DNA of 64,000 bases from positions 17,238,001 through 17,302,000 of the forward strand of contig CM097885.1 of assembly GCA_044892525.1 (NCBI GenBank). The letters run 5' to 3'. Source of the DNA: Schmidtea polychroa. Lineage: Eukaryota. Within the stretch, counting starts at the first letter, position 1. Each line of letters begins with the position of its first letter. Under the pieces are notes generated by a model that did not search any database, had not been told where the DNA came from, and saw nothing but the letters and a program-made list of their open reading frames with translations. This document shows positions 16,479 to 28,282 of the stretch, piece by piece. The translations under genes and the position numbers were made by a program.

Positions 16479-19400
16479 TTAGTATTTTAATTTTAACTCC
16501 TCACATCCCCCTTTTTTAAAATGTTTGATCTTCTCAACATTTCTGACTACCATCTTCCCATTTTGATCTTTAAGTAAGTAGCTCCGTTCATGTATTTTCT
16601 TTATCACTTTGTACGGCCCTTCCCACCTTGCATCGTCTTTATTTCGAATTTCTTGTTTGATCAAAACCAAATCTTCCATTTCAAAATCTCTCACTGTTTT
16701 GCTTAATTTTGGTTTTAGTGTTTTATCCTCTATTCTCTTTTCCATATCTTCTCTATTTATTTCTTTATTCGAGTACCATTTCATTCTGTCGATTTTCCTC
16801 CCAAATATAATCTCTGCTGGGCTTACTCCCGTTGTTTTTTGAACTGTTGCATTTAAAGTATATTCTATTTCTGGCACTATATCAGCCCAGTTTTTCCTTC
16901 CTCCTTCATTCAATGACGCGTTAATATACTCTCTGATTGTTCTGAATTGTCTTTCAATAATACCATTCGTGTTATGGTGATATGGGCTTGAGAAAATTAA
17001 TTCAATGCCAGCTGCCTTTGCTAGTTCTTTTATACTTCTTGCTTCAAAGTTCTTCCCACAATCTACATGAAGTTCTTTTGGAGCTCCAAACTTTAATATC
17101 CATTTATTTAATAACGTCTCACTAATTGTTTTTTCGTCTTGCTTGTTTATGGCCGTTAATGAGATGTATTTACTACAGTGATCAATGATTCCGCAAATAT
17201 ATTTCTTTTTGTTGAACGTTTCTTTCAATGGCCCACATATATCCATATATATCTTCTCGAATGGTTCTGTACTCTTTATTGTTTGAGTTTCCTTCTTTGT
17301 CTTGGTTGTTATCGTTTTCATTTTCTGACATCTTTCGCAGTTCTCAATTACCTTTTTTACTTCCGTTGCTAAATTTTCCATGTCGCAGTTATTCTGGATA
17401 TATTTCGTTACTTTCTGTGCACCTGCATGGCACAGCAATACGTGTACTTCTTTTATCATCCTCTGTCTATTATCTGACGGTATCCATATTTTACCTTGCT
17501 TAGTTAGTACCGTGTTGTTTTCCATTATGAACTTACAATCTTTATTTTCTAACTTATTCTTTATTTCTTGGACCTCTATATTGTCATTTTGCCACTTGTT
17601 ATATCCGCCTTCTGCTGTTACTGTTAATATTCTGGTTTTAATTTTGCCGGTTTTTGGGTCTTCGTGTTCCATCATACACTGTACACATGTTCCGCAAGTT
17701 TTCCTGGATAGCATATCCGCGTTTGTATGGCTTGTTCCTTTCCTGTATTCCATTTTAATATCCAGGCTGCTTAAATAGTTGATCCATGTCTGGAATTGAG
17801 CAGTTATTGGTTTCTTCGTTGTTACCATAAACGTAATAGCTTAATGGTCCGTTCTCAGTACGAATCTCTTACCATATAAGTAATGGTTGAAATGTTTACA
17901 AAAATAGTATATTGCCAATAATTCTTTTCTGGTAATGCAGTATCCTTTTTCGTGGCTGCTCATCGCATGTGAACCATATGCAATGACATGTTCATGTCCT
18001 TTTTCATCCTTTTGCGAAAGAACTGCTCCAATAGTATCGAAGCTCGCGTCTGTGTCTAATATAAATTCTTTTCTGAAATCTGGAAATACCAATACTGGGG
18101 CGGTTATCAATGCTTCTTTCATTTCCCCGAAAGCCTTTTCACACATCTCTGTCCATCTTATTTTCTCATTGTTTTTTCCGCATATGCTTTCTAGTGCTCT
18201 TGCCTTCTTTGCATAGTCTTTTATGAACCGTCGATAATAGTTACAGATACCCAAAAAGCTCCTCAGATTCTTTACACATTTTGGCTTTTGAAATGATTGT
18301 ATTGCTTCTATCTTGGTATTATCTGTTTGTATGCCGTCTTTATTTATTATGTGTCCCAGAAACTTCAATTCTTTTCTAAATATTTGACATTTTTCGGGGT
18401 TCAATCTTAGTCCTGCTGTTGCGATCTTCCCTAGGACTTTTTCAAATATGTTATAATGGTCTTCTTCTGTCTTTGTGAATATATACCATCACTCCATCTT
18501 TCCACAAATCTTTCAATACTTTCGTCATTAATTCTTGAAATGTTCCTGGTGCCGCTGCAATACCGAACGGCATCCTGTTAAAACAGAACTGTCCTTCTTT
18601 TGTTGAGAATGCTGTTTTCTCTTGAGATTCTTTATCTAACTTCACTTGGTAATAAGCATTTCCCAAGTCGATTGAGCTAAAATATCTGGATCCGTGTAGG
18701 ATGTATAAAATTTCATCTACATTTGGCATTGGAAATGCTTGTCTTTCTGTTATCTTGTTTAATTGTCTGAAGTCTAGACAAAGCCTGATGTCTTTTTTCT
18801 CTTTCTTCCATACACAAACTAAAGGTGTGTTCCACGGTGAATTACACTTTCTAATTATTCCGTTGTTTTCTAGATTTTTTATTGCTTCCTCAATCTTGTC
18901 TTCCAAATTTATTGGCTGACGTCTCGGTTTAATCATTATTGGCTCTCCTTTCGTGATGATCTTATGTTTTATCAGATTGGTACACCCAATGTCCCATTTA
19001 TCTGCCATAAAAACATTCTTGTTTGCCTGAAATATTTCTAACAGTCTCTTATTTCCGGTAACCTTTAAAACGTCGATGGCATGACGTAATCTTTCTTCAT
19101 CTGTTATACTCCGCCCAAATCTAGCTTCTATTTCGCAAATGAAATCACTACGTTTTTCATGTTCTTCTAGTATACATTTCAATTCTATAACAAATAACCT
19201 TTGTAGTTCTACTCCTCCAATAATTTCTGGTATTAAATTCTTTACTATAATGAATGTTACATTTCTTTCAATACTGCCCATTTTAACATTGATGTTTATT
19301 TTACCCATAGTTTCTAATCTACTGTTGTTTGCACATCTTAGCGATTCCCTTGTTTCTAATATTTCGATATTTTCTAATCGATCAATTACAGATTTAGCCA

Positions 19401-19503
19401 TCACATTAATTCGCGCTCCTGTATCCAATAAACAATCTACTTTCCGCCCTTGGATATCCAGTGTTGTACTCGGTCTACCTTGCATTATATTATATGTTAT
19501 CAC
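16479..19503 (-). pseudogene. pol: Gypsy pol (protease, RT, RNase H, integrase) with a frameshifting deletion near 18480 and a stop at 17841
   Basis: LLDTGA protease; RLCLDFRQLN and FNRMPFG RT; TDAS..GAVL and RKELLAI RNase H; HHCC zinc finger, DDE and WEGPYKV integrase. Confidence 0.95.
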
Positions 19504-19807
19504 CGGACCTTTTTCTGCTCTCTAGTATCTTCTACAATTTCATTAATACACACGTCTCCATTTTTCTTGAGGAATTTGTAAATTTTCTCTATAGTTCTTT
19601 CCTCGTGTTTTACTAATTCATTTACTTTACACTCCTCTTTAAATTTTTTCTGAATTTCCTTATCATTCGACTTTTTGATTTCTACACTACTATTATTATT
19701 AATATCACGTTCAAAAACACTACAATCTTTATCAATCATACAATCATCATACATACTTAAATTACACATACCGTTAGCATTCATTCTTTGGTTGAAATCA
19801 ATATTAC

Positions 19808-20929
19808 TTAGTAAATTGCTCCGATAAATGTCCCGTTTGACGGAGCGTGCTCGTTTGGGTCATTCTCCCTGTTATACTCGTCTGGCTGGCTTGACTGTTT
19901 TGTATTCATCATCGCACCATCAGACTCGATAGCTGCAATATCTTTTCTCTTATATTGTTGGTTTCCCCATTGTCTTTGATGTACGTTCCTTGATTGATAC
20001 ATATCTTCCCTTTGTTGATAGGTATTTCTTTGAATTCTTCCTCCTGACATCTTCCTTTGGTCTCGATCTCTTCCTTGATTTCGTCTTTCCATATTTGTGT
20101 AGCACTCTCTTTCTTTGTGTCCTCGTGCATTGCATCTATGACATTTGATTGTTGGGCATTCTCTTCGTATGTGACCTTCAACACCACATGCATAACATTG
20201 AAATCTTCTTTTTATATTACATTCTCTGCTACTGTGTCCCGGTTTTTGACACGTCCAGCATTCTATCACTTTAATTCTTGTCTCTGGTTTCCATTCGTTG
20301 ATTTTTCTCTTCGTGGCTCCAACTTGTACTACATCTCTATAAGTTCTTCCCCCAGTTGTAGGTCGTATTGATCTCACCGTGTTTACTTGTTCAATAACCT
20401 TGTTAACTTTTTCTATCTTCTTTATAGTTTCTTTAATTTGTTCCGCCGTTTTGAGATCTTTCATTTCGATTTCTTTCCTGACTTCTTTATCTTTTACACA
20501 ATGTGTCAACAAACATTTCTGAATTTCTTCCTCATTCCAAGTGTGTGACGCCAATTTTTTAGTCATTTTTGATATTTTCTCTATAAATATTTCCGCTGAT
20601 TCGTTACCTTGCTCGTAGTTCATGGCTTCTCTTAAGTCATCAATCAATGACGTTGGTCGATGAAAAGCTGCTCTTAATTTCTGTTCCACGGTTTTACCTT
20701 CTGCGGTTTCATATTCTTCAATCAAAGTCCTGTCCAGAAGTGTAATAACTAGTACCATTTGGGTCTTCACTGGTGTCTTCGTTATTTCAAAGAACCTCTG
20801 ACATTCTTTGATAAATAATTCGAGGTCATCTCCTCTGTGGAATTTTTCTGGAAGTAATCTTCCAATAAGCAGATCCGTTGGAATGGTCGCCATGTTAGAA
20901 GCTATAACATTTAATTCTTCTGTCATCAA
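19808..20929 (-). CDS. gag: Gypsy Gag with three CCHC zinc knuckles
   Basis: CWTCQKPGHSSREC, CYACGVEGHIRREC, CHRCNARGHKEREC. Confidence 0.93.
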   Translation of the reverse strand: MMTEELNVIASNMATIPTDLLIGRLLPEKFHRGDDLELFIKECQRFFEITKTPVKTQMVLVITLLDRTLIEEYETAEGKTVEQKLRAAFHRPTSLIDDLREAMNYEQGNESAEIFIEKISKMTKKLASHTWNEEEIQKCLLTHCVKDKEVRKEIEMKDLKTAEQIKETIKKIEKVNKVIEQVNTVRSIRPTTGGRTYRDVVQVGATKRKINEWKPETRIKVIECWTCQKPGHSSRECNIKRRFQCYACGVEGHIRRECPTIKCHRCNARGHKERECYTNMERRNQGRDRDQRKMSGGRIQRNTYQQREDMYQSRNVHQRQWGNQQYKRKDIAAIESDGAMMNTKQSSQPDEYNRENDPNEHAPSNGTFIGAIY

Positions 20930-21365
20930 AATAAATTACTAAGACTATTAAATCCAAAATTATATTTCATTAAATCTGATTATATAAACAAATATTCTTG
21001 GGACATTTTCTAAATTTTAATTTCAACCAAATATCAACATACCATCGCATTCATACTTGAATTTCAATTTTATTAAAGATTTTTTTATTTTAAAATTTCA
21101 ATTATCATTTCAATTTTAATATCTTAAAATAATTTAAGTTTCAATTAAAATTTTACAAATTTTAATCATGAACTAATTTAATTTAGTATTTTAATTTTAA
21201 CTCCTCACAATAATAGTAATGATAGTTATCCCCCATAATAATAATAATACTAATGCAATAGTAACATTACCATTAATAATCATTAAAACTAACAAATATC
21301 TATTTAAAATAAAATCCGAATATTTAAACAAAATAACAATCTAATAATCGTCACTCTCCCCTTCT

Positions 21366-21470
21366 TTAAGAAATGTGATACTCTTTCAGCCATTCAATTC
21401 TTCTGCATCTTTTCCCATTTGGATATTCTAGTTCAACTTGGTGTTCGGTTGGAAAACCAAGAATCTTTAT
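21366..21470 (-). pseudogene. C-terminal tail of a second Gypsy-type integrase immediately before the PPT and long LTR
   Basis: Minus-strand translation IKILGFPTEHQVELEYPNGKRCRRIEWLKEYHIS*, followed directly by PPT and TG. Confidence 0.55.
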
Positions 21471-21759
21471 TAAATTATCTCTAGCTTTTTAACAGCATGT
21501 AGGTAGGTTCAGGTAGTAAGTATATACATATTTATAGTAAAATGCTATGTTTGAAGGGATTAATGATATCTTGTAAGTGTTAGTTTGTAATGTAATTGTA
21601 GTGCCTCCGCTTTATACTTTTAATCATTTGAATATTTATATATTTAAATATATTAGAAATGAACTATTTTTTCATTTTGTCGTTAGATTTTCGAAGTTGC
21701 GTTGTTTTGGGTTGGAGTCTTTAATTTTTTTTCGAAAATTTTTGAAATTTTCTTTTTTT

Positions 21760-24700
21760 TTCTAAAAGATGGCACGACTTTTCTACTAATTGTGCCATGG
21801 ATTACGGCATCATTATTTCAAAACTGGGCTTCAACTTGTGCTATTCCAGAAATTAAAGCTTATTGCAACAAGGAAAACTTAAACTTCAAGGCTTTGGTCC
21901 TAGTTGACAATGGTCCTGGCCGCCCAGTTAATGTTGATGAGTTGTCAGAAAACGTGAAATTTGTATTTTTGCCGCCAAATACGACATCAGTTATTCAGCC
22001 GATGGATCAGGGAGTAATATCGACTTTTAAAAGTTATTACCTTCAACGTACATTTAAACGTCTTTTAAGTGAGACTGATGGACATACTAGAGTTTTGGGA
22101 AAAGTTCAACATTATGAAAGCCATAGAAATTATTTCCTATTCGTGGGAGGAGGTTAGACCATCTTGCATGAATGGTGTTTGGCGCAAAATATGGCCTGAA
22201 TGTCTTCACAGAATATGCGCTGCAGAAGTTGATGGTACACCAGCTGTTCGTCATGAAATTTCTAATTTAGCTAGAGAGTCTAATTTTGAAGGTATGGAAG
22301 AGACTGACATAAATGAATTGCTAACCTCACACAACCAAGAATTGTCTAATGAAGAACTATTGCAACTGGAATTGAAATTTGCTAATGAAGAAGATGACAG
22401 TAATCGTTCAATAGAAATCTCCGAAGAACAAAATTTAACCTCCAAACAAATTTCCAAAGCGATGTGTTTGATTGACGAAGCTATGGGGATTTTTTTTAAA
22501 AAACGGTTCTGACAGTGGAAGAAGTTTTAAAGTGTCTCAGACGGTAGCTACGAATATCAATCGCTACAAGGAAATTTATTTTACATTGAAAAAAAGGTGT
22601 TCAGCAAACATTGGACCAATTCTTTGTGAAAGAAACCCGACTTACGATAACAGCCACTATGGACTCATCAGACAGTGATTAATTTTTATTTTGTTTTAAT
22701 TGAATTTGATTTTTTTAGTTTTTTGTATGTATGTAATAAAATATTATATTATTTTTGTTTTTTAAATGTTTGCTTTGTTCAATTTTCTTTTTAAAAAGTA
22801 GTATTTTTGTAACCCTAGAACAGCGGTCGGGAACCTTTTTTAAGTAAAGAGTCAAATCAACAAAAAAATTCAAAAAAATGAAATTTAAGAGCCGCAGTCA
22901 CAGACATACTCGAGCTAAAAACTTGTGTAGCATTAAAAAATTTGTATATTACGAAATGACTTATCTTATTTAATGGCAGGATTTTCCCTTCTTTATAATA
23001 AATAAAACAAAATACATATTGTTAATTTTTCAGTATTTATTAAAGTTTATGATAATATAATATTAAATTATGAAAATTTTGATAAAATAATATTGAAGTT
23101 ATGAATCAAATAATATTAAACATTTATTAGTGGGACTTTTGAACTTGTATCATTCCAGCCAACTTTTTTAAATTTGGCACATATTTAGTGGTTTTTAATT
23201 GTAACAAAGCTTTTAAACTTTCATCTGTCAGCCTGCTCCGGTACTTATTTTTAATGTAGTTCAAGGAAGAGAAAAATTGTTCACAATTGTATGTAGAACC
23301 AAAGAGTGTCAAAAGGCCAAGTGCAAGGCTCTTGGTGTTTGAATAATTATTCGGAAATGTATTCCAGCATCTGAATATTATGTCCTGTGGCGTGTCCTCC
23401 ATAGTTGGTTGATATGTTTCAATTTGTGTTACCATGTGTTGAAGTTTTTCTATCCATATACTTTTATTTTGAATTTCCAAAAGCTCAAGCTGAAGTTCTG
23501 CAATAGATATACCAGGGAAAGCTTTTATGTCTATTAATTTTAAATTGCACTGCAATGGCTGCAAAATAAATTTCAATGTTTCCTGATACTTCTTGAAATC
23601 CTGAAATTTGCTTGCAAATGAATTCAAAATTGTTGTGATTATATTAGTGAATATTTTACAATCTGATTTCTCTTCGGTTAAATTTAATCTGTAATTTCTT
23701 AAACTATCAAAATATACAAACTGATCGTTAGATATATCCACCTTGAACAGCTCTAGTTTTTGCTCAAAAGTAAGAACTTCTTCTAATAACTGTAAAGCAG
23801 TATTTCCTTTTCCTTGCAACTTAAGATTAAGTTTGTTAAAATATTTTTTCATATCTAGTAAAAAGTAAAAATTTTCAAGCCATTCATAGTTTGTAAGAAG
23901 TTTAAAATGTTCTTCGTTATAATTTTCGAGCCTAAGATAATAATAACTTCTTGCAAACACTCGGAAAAACGGTTTAACACTTTGCCTCGTGACAACCAAC
24001 GTACAGCAGTAAATGTAAGCAAATCTTTATATTTAGCATTGACTTCTTCTAAAAGTGCAGTAAATAATCTGTGATTCAACGCTCAAGCCTTGATGAAATT
24101 TATTATGGGTATAACTACATCCATTACTTTTTTTAGGTTTGGTATTATTCCTAACGATTTTGCAACTAAAGCTTCTTGGTGCAAAATACAATGAAATGAA
24201 ATTATTTCGTGAGAAATATAATTGGAGAGCAATTTAACAAAGCCCTTATTTTTTGCAATCATCGCCGGTGCTCCATCCGTTGCAATGGATGCTATACGAT
24301 CAATATTTATATTTTTACTCTTTAAACATTTTACAATACTTTCCAAAATTTCTTCACCTGTAGTGTGTCCTTTAAGTGGCAATACTTCAAGTAGCTCTTC
24401 TTGAACACCTGAAGATGTTATATATTTAGCCATAACACAGCACTGCGATATGTCAGTAACATCTGTAGATTCATCAACAGCATGCGATATGAATTCTGCA
24501 GCATTAATATCTGAAAGTAGCATGTTTGATACTTTTGCAGATATATTTATGATACGTTCTTTAACAGTTCTAGCTGAGAGAGGTAAATCTTGTATTTATT
24601 TTAATATATCATCATGATTTTTTAAATCTTTGAAGAGCGTATCAGAAACCTTGTACATGCACTGTTTGATAAATTCACCATCTGTAAACGGCTTTCCAGC

Positions 24701-25498
24701 TTTCGCGATCTCTAAAGACAATTCAAAACTTGCTTCATTTGAAGTTGATGAAGATTTTACCCAATTTGAAAAACATCCTTGCTGAAGTAATCTTTTATTT
24801 TGTAATTCTTGAATAGCTTTTTTTCTACTATCGCCGTCTGGATACTTCTCGCTGAAATCTGAATGTTTTCCATCAAAGTGTCGTTCTATATTGCTTGATT
24901 TATTGTTCTGCATTCTTAAATTGCAAATCAAACATTGAGGTTTCCCGTTAACTTCTATAAATGCAAATCGTTCAGTCCACATTTTATTGAAACTTCTGTT
25001 TTCATCAATGATTTTTCTTTTTCTTACATTCATTGTGGTTCAATAATTCAATTGAATTTAATAACTTTAATTATTTAATAAATTTTTGTAATGCACAGCA
25101 ATAAAACCTTACCAATTCAAAAAACACTAGAAAACTAATTCACGAAACTTATATAACCGTGAGTAAAAATAATTGAAGAAAATGGTTGCTATGGTAATTT
25201 ATTGGTTTAGAATAGATTGCTGAGCAATCGATTTTTTATTTAAATTTAAATATTTTTCGTTTGTGTCTTAGGTGATGATTTCAAAAACATACTGAAAACA
25301 TTAGATGGTAGCAGCGAATTTTTTTAAAAATATTATTCAAAGTAAGAGCCACAGGTTTTGAAGCTAAGAATCGCCGGTTCCCGACCGATGCCCTAGAACC
25401 TATCTTCGATCTTTACATGGTTTGCTATAGAATATCATAATTCACTTTGCGTCGTGTTTTTTGGAACGTAACCTCAACGCAAAGTGAGGTGTTGGTGT
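21760..25498 (+). mobile_element. Tigger/pogo (CENP-B-like DDE) transposon, 5'-truncated, interrupted by a hAT
   Basis: LVLVDNGPGRP..VFLPPNTTSVIQPMDQGVISTFKSYY..FWEKFNI..SWEEV..CMNGVWRKIWP; right TIR CGCAAAGTGAGGTGTTGGTG followed by TA near 25498. Confidence 0.85.
22821..25390 (-). mobile_element. hAT transposon (SPIN/GTF2IRD2-like Buster group), complete with decayed transposase (25033-23127)
   Basis: TIRs CAGCGGTCGGGAACC / GGTTCCCGACCGATG; perfect 8-bp TSD CCCTAGAA; BED-like CLIC..RH, DESTD, TDGAPAM, CILHQE, VRWLSRG, FGSTYNCEQFFS; stops and frameshifts. Confidence 0.95.
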
Positions 25499-25606
25499 AT
25501 AATAAAATTATTAGTTTAATGTCTTTTAGTTTTATTCCTTTTTGCTATAGTAATAACACATTTTTTCAAGGGTCAGTGCTAAAAGGTATAAATTATTATA
25601 GCGCGT

Positions 25607-27193
25607 ACACAGACATAAATAAGTGAAATATAGTTCTCAAGAATTTTCCCAAATATTTGTTTTAATGGATCAATTCATTGTACTTTCCTCAAGAATTTTC
25701 AACAATGTTATATAAGCCATTCATTTCCAATATTATGCCAATCATAGTATGCGTATACGGCATATACATTACATCCATATTGCAACATCATGCTTCGTGA
25801 TTGCAAGAACAACCAGAATTCATTTTATTACATTTGTGGAGAATTCTTTTTTTGGGCGCCAACGTCTGATGACACATTTGCTTTGTGAAGCTTACGAGAA
25901 ATACCCTGTGATCAAGTTACCGATTGCTACTTCTGCCTCAACAAATATCCAGGAAATCTTAACTCTAAGACATAAAACACGCAATATATCTCAATTTTCC
26001 CTCTGCTACATCACTGATTTTTCCTTCTTCTAATATTCCTATTCCTTCTAATTAAGTGTCTCATGAATATTGTGAAGTTTCACTCAATATCACTGGGATT
26101 TTGAGGAATCAGAAGAATATGTACCTTAAGAAAACAAAGAGCCAAATTTGATAACACAATCCGATTTCAATGATCTCATTTGCGATTTTAGCTTGTTCAA
26201 AGTTGAATTTGAACTACTCGGCACCGATAGCAAGATGTTTCGCGATACTTCGTTAAAGAGAGATCCTTTTGCTATTGCCGAAACCTGAATGATCTCATTG
26301 AAGCTCTCTGATTGATTTCAAATGAGTGACATCTGGTAATTGACTGTCGGGACAAACAGCACCATTACTGCAAGACAGTTTGGCCTCAATGATGTCAGCT
26401 CACATCTGGTACTAACAATATTCAGCGTGAACTTCTCGGTGAGTGCTCACACATTTTGCTACATTCTCCTCACATAAAGTTGAACCTCATGAAGAACTTC
26501 GTTAAGGCGATGAATCGCGATGAATCGCGATGAACAAAATGTCCAAGGATTTCCATATCTATGTGACCAGTTTCTCCAGTTGTGCGACGCAAAAATAGAA
26601 GAAGCCGTTTTTGTTTGTCCAAAAATTAGACAAATCATTATGATCCCAACTTCAAAAATATTCTAAACAAGAAGAAGCTTGCAGTGTGGAAAGCATTTAT
26701 GGAAGTGGTACAAGGTTTTCTTGGCAACGAAAGATCTCTACATTATGTGAAACTTGTGCAGAAGCTTCTAAAATCGTATAATGTCTTTGGTTGCATAATG
26801 TATCTGAATATTCCATTCCTTGACTCTAACTTGGACTTCTTTTCGATGAATATGGGTACAGTTAGTGACGAACATGAATAGAGATTCTACAGGGACATCA
26901 AAACTTTCAAAAAAAGATCAAGGTTGATGGAATGTTTCAATGATTGCGGATTATTGCTGGTGTCTTCAAAGAAAGCTTAAGATGAAAATGCCCTATAATG
27001 GGAGGTTGGTTGAGGATACGGTTGTGGATTGCTCTAGAGAGCCGAAATAATGAAAATAAAAACAACAATAATTGACTGTTATATATAAACTAGAGCTAAT
27101 AATTAAAAATGATCACCAATTTCGTGATCAGCACCATAGATTTAAGGGATGTATGCAAAAATTTCTTTTGTAATAAAATCTTTGTCGAGTAGT
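25607..27193 (+). mobile_element. Decayed Chapaev3-like (CMC) DNA transposon; boundaries approximate
   Basis: Fragments CKNNQNSFYYICG, PHIKLNLMKNFVKAM, WKAFMEVVQGFLGN, LDSNLDFF..NMGTVSDEH, ADYCWCL; ends in GTG. Confidence 0.75.
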
Positions 27194-28282
27194 GATCAAG
27201 GAGTAGCGTCAACAAAATTAATTTGGTTTCTCAGTATAATAGGGGCAAACATCATTTATTAAAATTTAAAATATGATAGTATTTTGTAGATAAATCTAAA
27301 TCAAGACATATGAGAACTTTTATGAAATTATTAAGCTTGTTAGACCGATTAATTAGAACATTTGGTCAATGATGATATACAGTGTATTAGTATGATAAGA
27401 GGAACAACAGATGTCAAGTCGAATAATCTTGCGATAGATAACTTGTTTTTGTGTATGATAAAAATTTAAAAGGATTATTTAGGTCTTATTTTCTTAAAAT
27501 TCTTATGTTTTCCGATGAGCATTAAACTACAGCAGGGACCGTAAAGTAAATCGGACACATATTTTCCATCGATAAGAATGTTATAGTTAACTTTTTACTA
27601 ATGTTCGCCTATTCGACACATTACCAAAATTGTTCATTCAAAAGGTGTCAATTAATAAGGAAGCATTGTATTATGGGTTACACATGAAACAACATAAAGG
27701 AGTATAATTTTGGTTACCTGTAACCACCATTTGTAACCCACCTATTAGTATCGACAAAAGTAAAATGTTGTAATCTACTTAAATAGTGAATAGATAGAAA
27801 TTCAACATTTTCGGTTATATCAATGTCATATTATGAGGTACTAGTCGAATCACAAACTCAAAGGTACGAATAAAATGCTTGGGTCTTGACGAGAAGCGTG
27901 CGATTAGTTCATCATGGTTTCAAATATCAACTACCCAACACATCCTTTTAAGATAGTAAATTCGTTAGTACGTGAATTGAAAATGTATGTTAGAACTTAA
28001 AAATTTTCTCTTAATCAATTTACTTTCTAAGCACTTTCTAAAATATTAATTTAATAAAAGTATTATGATATTTGTAATTTTTAATCCCAATAAATTAAAT
28101 AGATTAAGTTTCATAGTTTCATCAATGAAATAACTTTACACAAAATTGAAAAAACATTAAAATTTTTAAAGAAATAGATTTGTAAAAACTGTAATAAACA
28201 TTTTATGAATATTCATTTGTTTATTTGAACTATTTTATTTTATTTATATTAATAATATCACTTAGTTTCTCTTAAATTAAAT

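Larger units (their letters stand above)
16189..21209 (-). mobile_element. Full-length Ty3/Gypsy LTR retrotransposon (5021 bp), recent but defective
   Basis: 317-bp LTRs (16189-16505, 20893-21209) with two substitutions seen; 5-bp TSD ATAAT; PBS TGGCGACCA at 20892; PPT AAAAAAGGGGGA at 16506; domain order gag-PR-RT-RH-INT. Confidence 0.97.
13915..21353 (-). mobile_element. Related long LTR (~2.4 kb net of the nested Gypsy), the 3' LTR of a truncated Gypsy-type element
   Basis: The reverse complement of 13915-14150 aligns with 12920-13145. It shares the AGCGGTCACA..TGGGGC block and the AT-hook ORF homolog. On the minus strand its TG at 21353 follows a PPT (AGAAGGGGAGAG). Confidence 0.65.

Noticed and set aside
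16609..20371. Multiple plus-strand and alternate-frame ORFs within the Gypsy
   Set aside because: Antisense or out-of-frame shadows of gag and pol.
27528..27668. Possible small TA-flanked Tc1/pogo MITE
   Set aside because: TIR match too weak to call.
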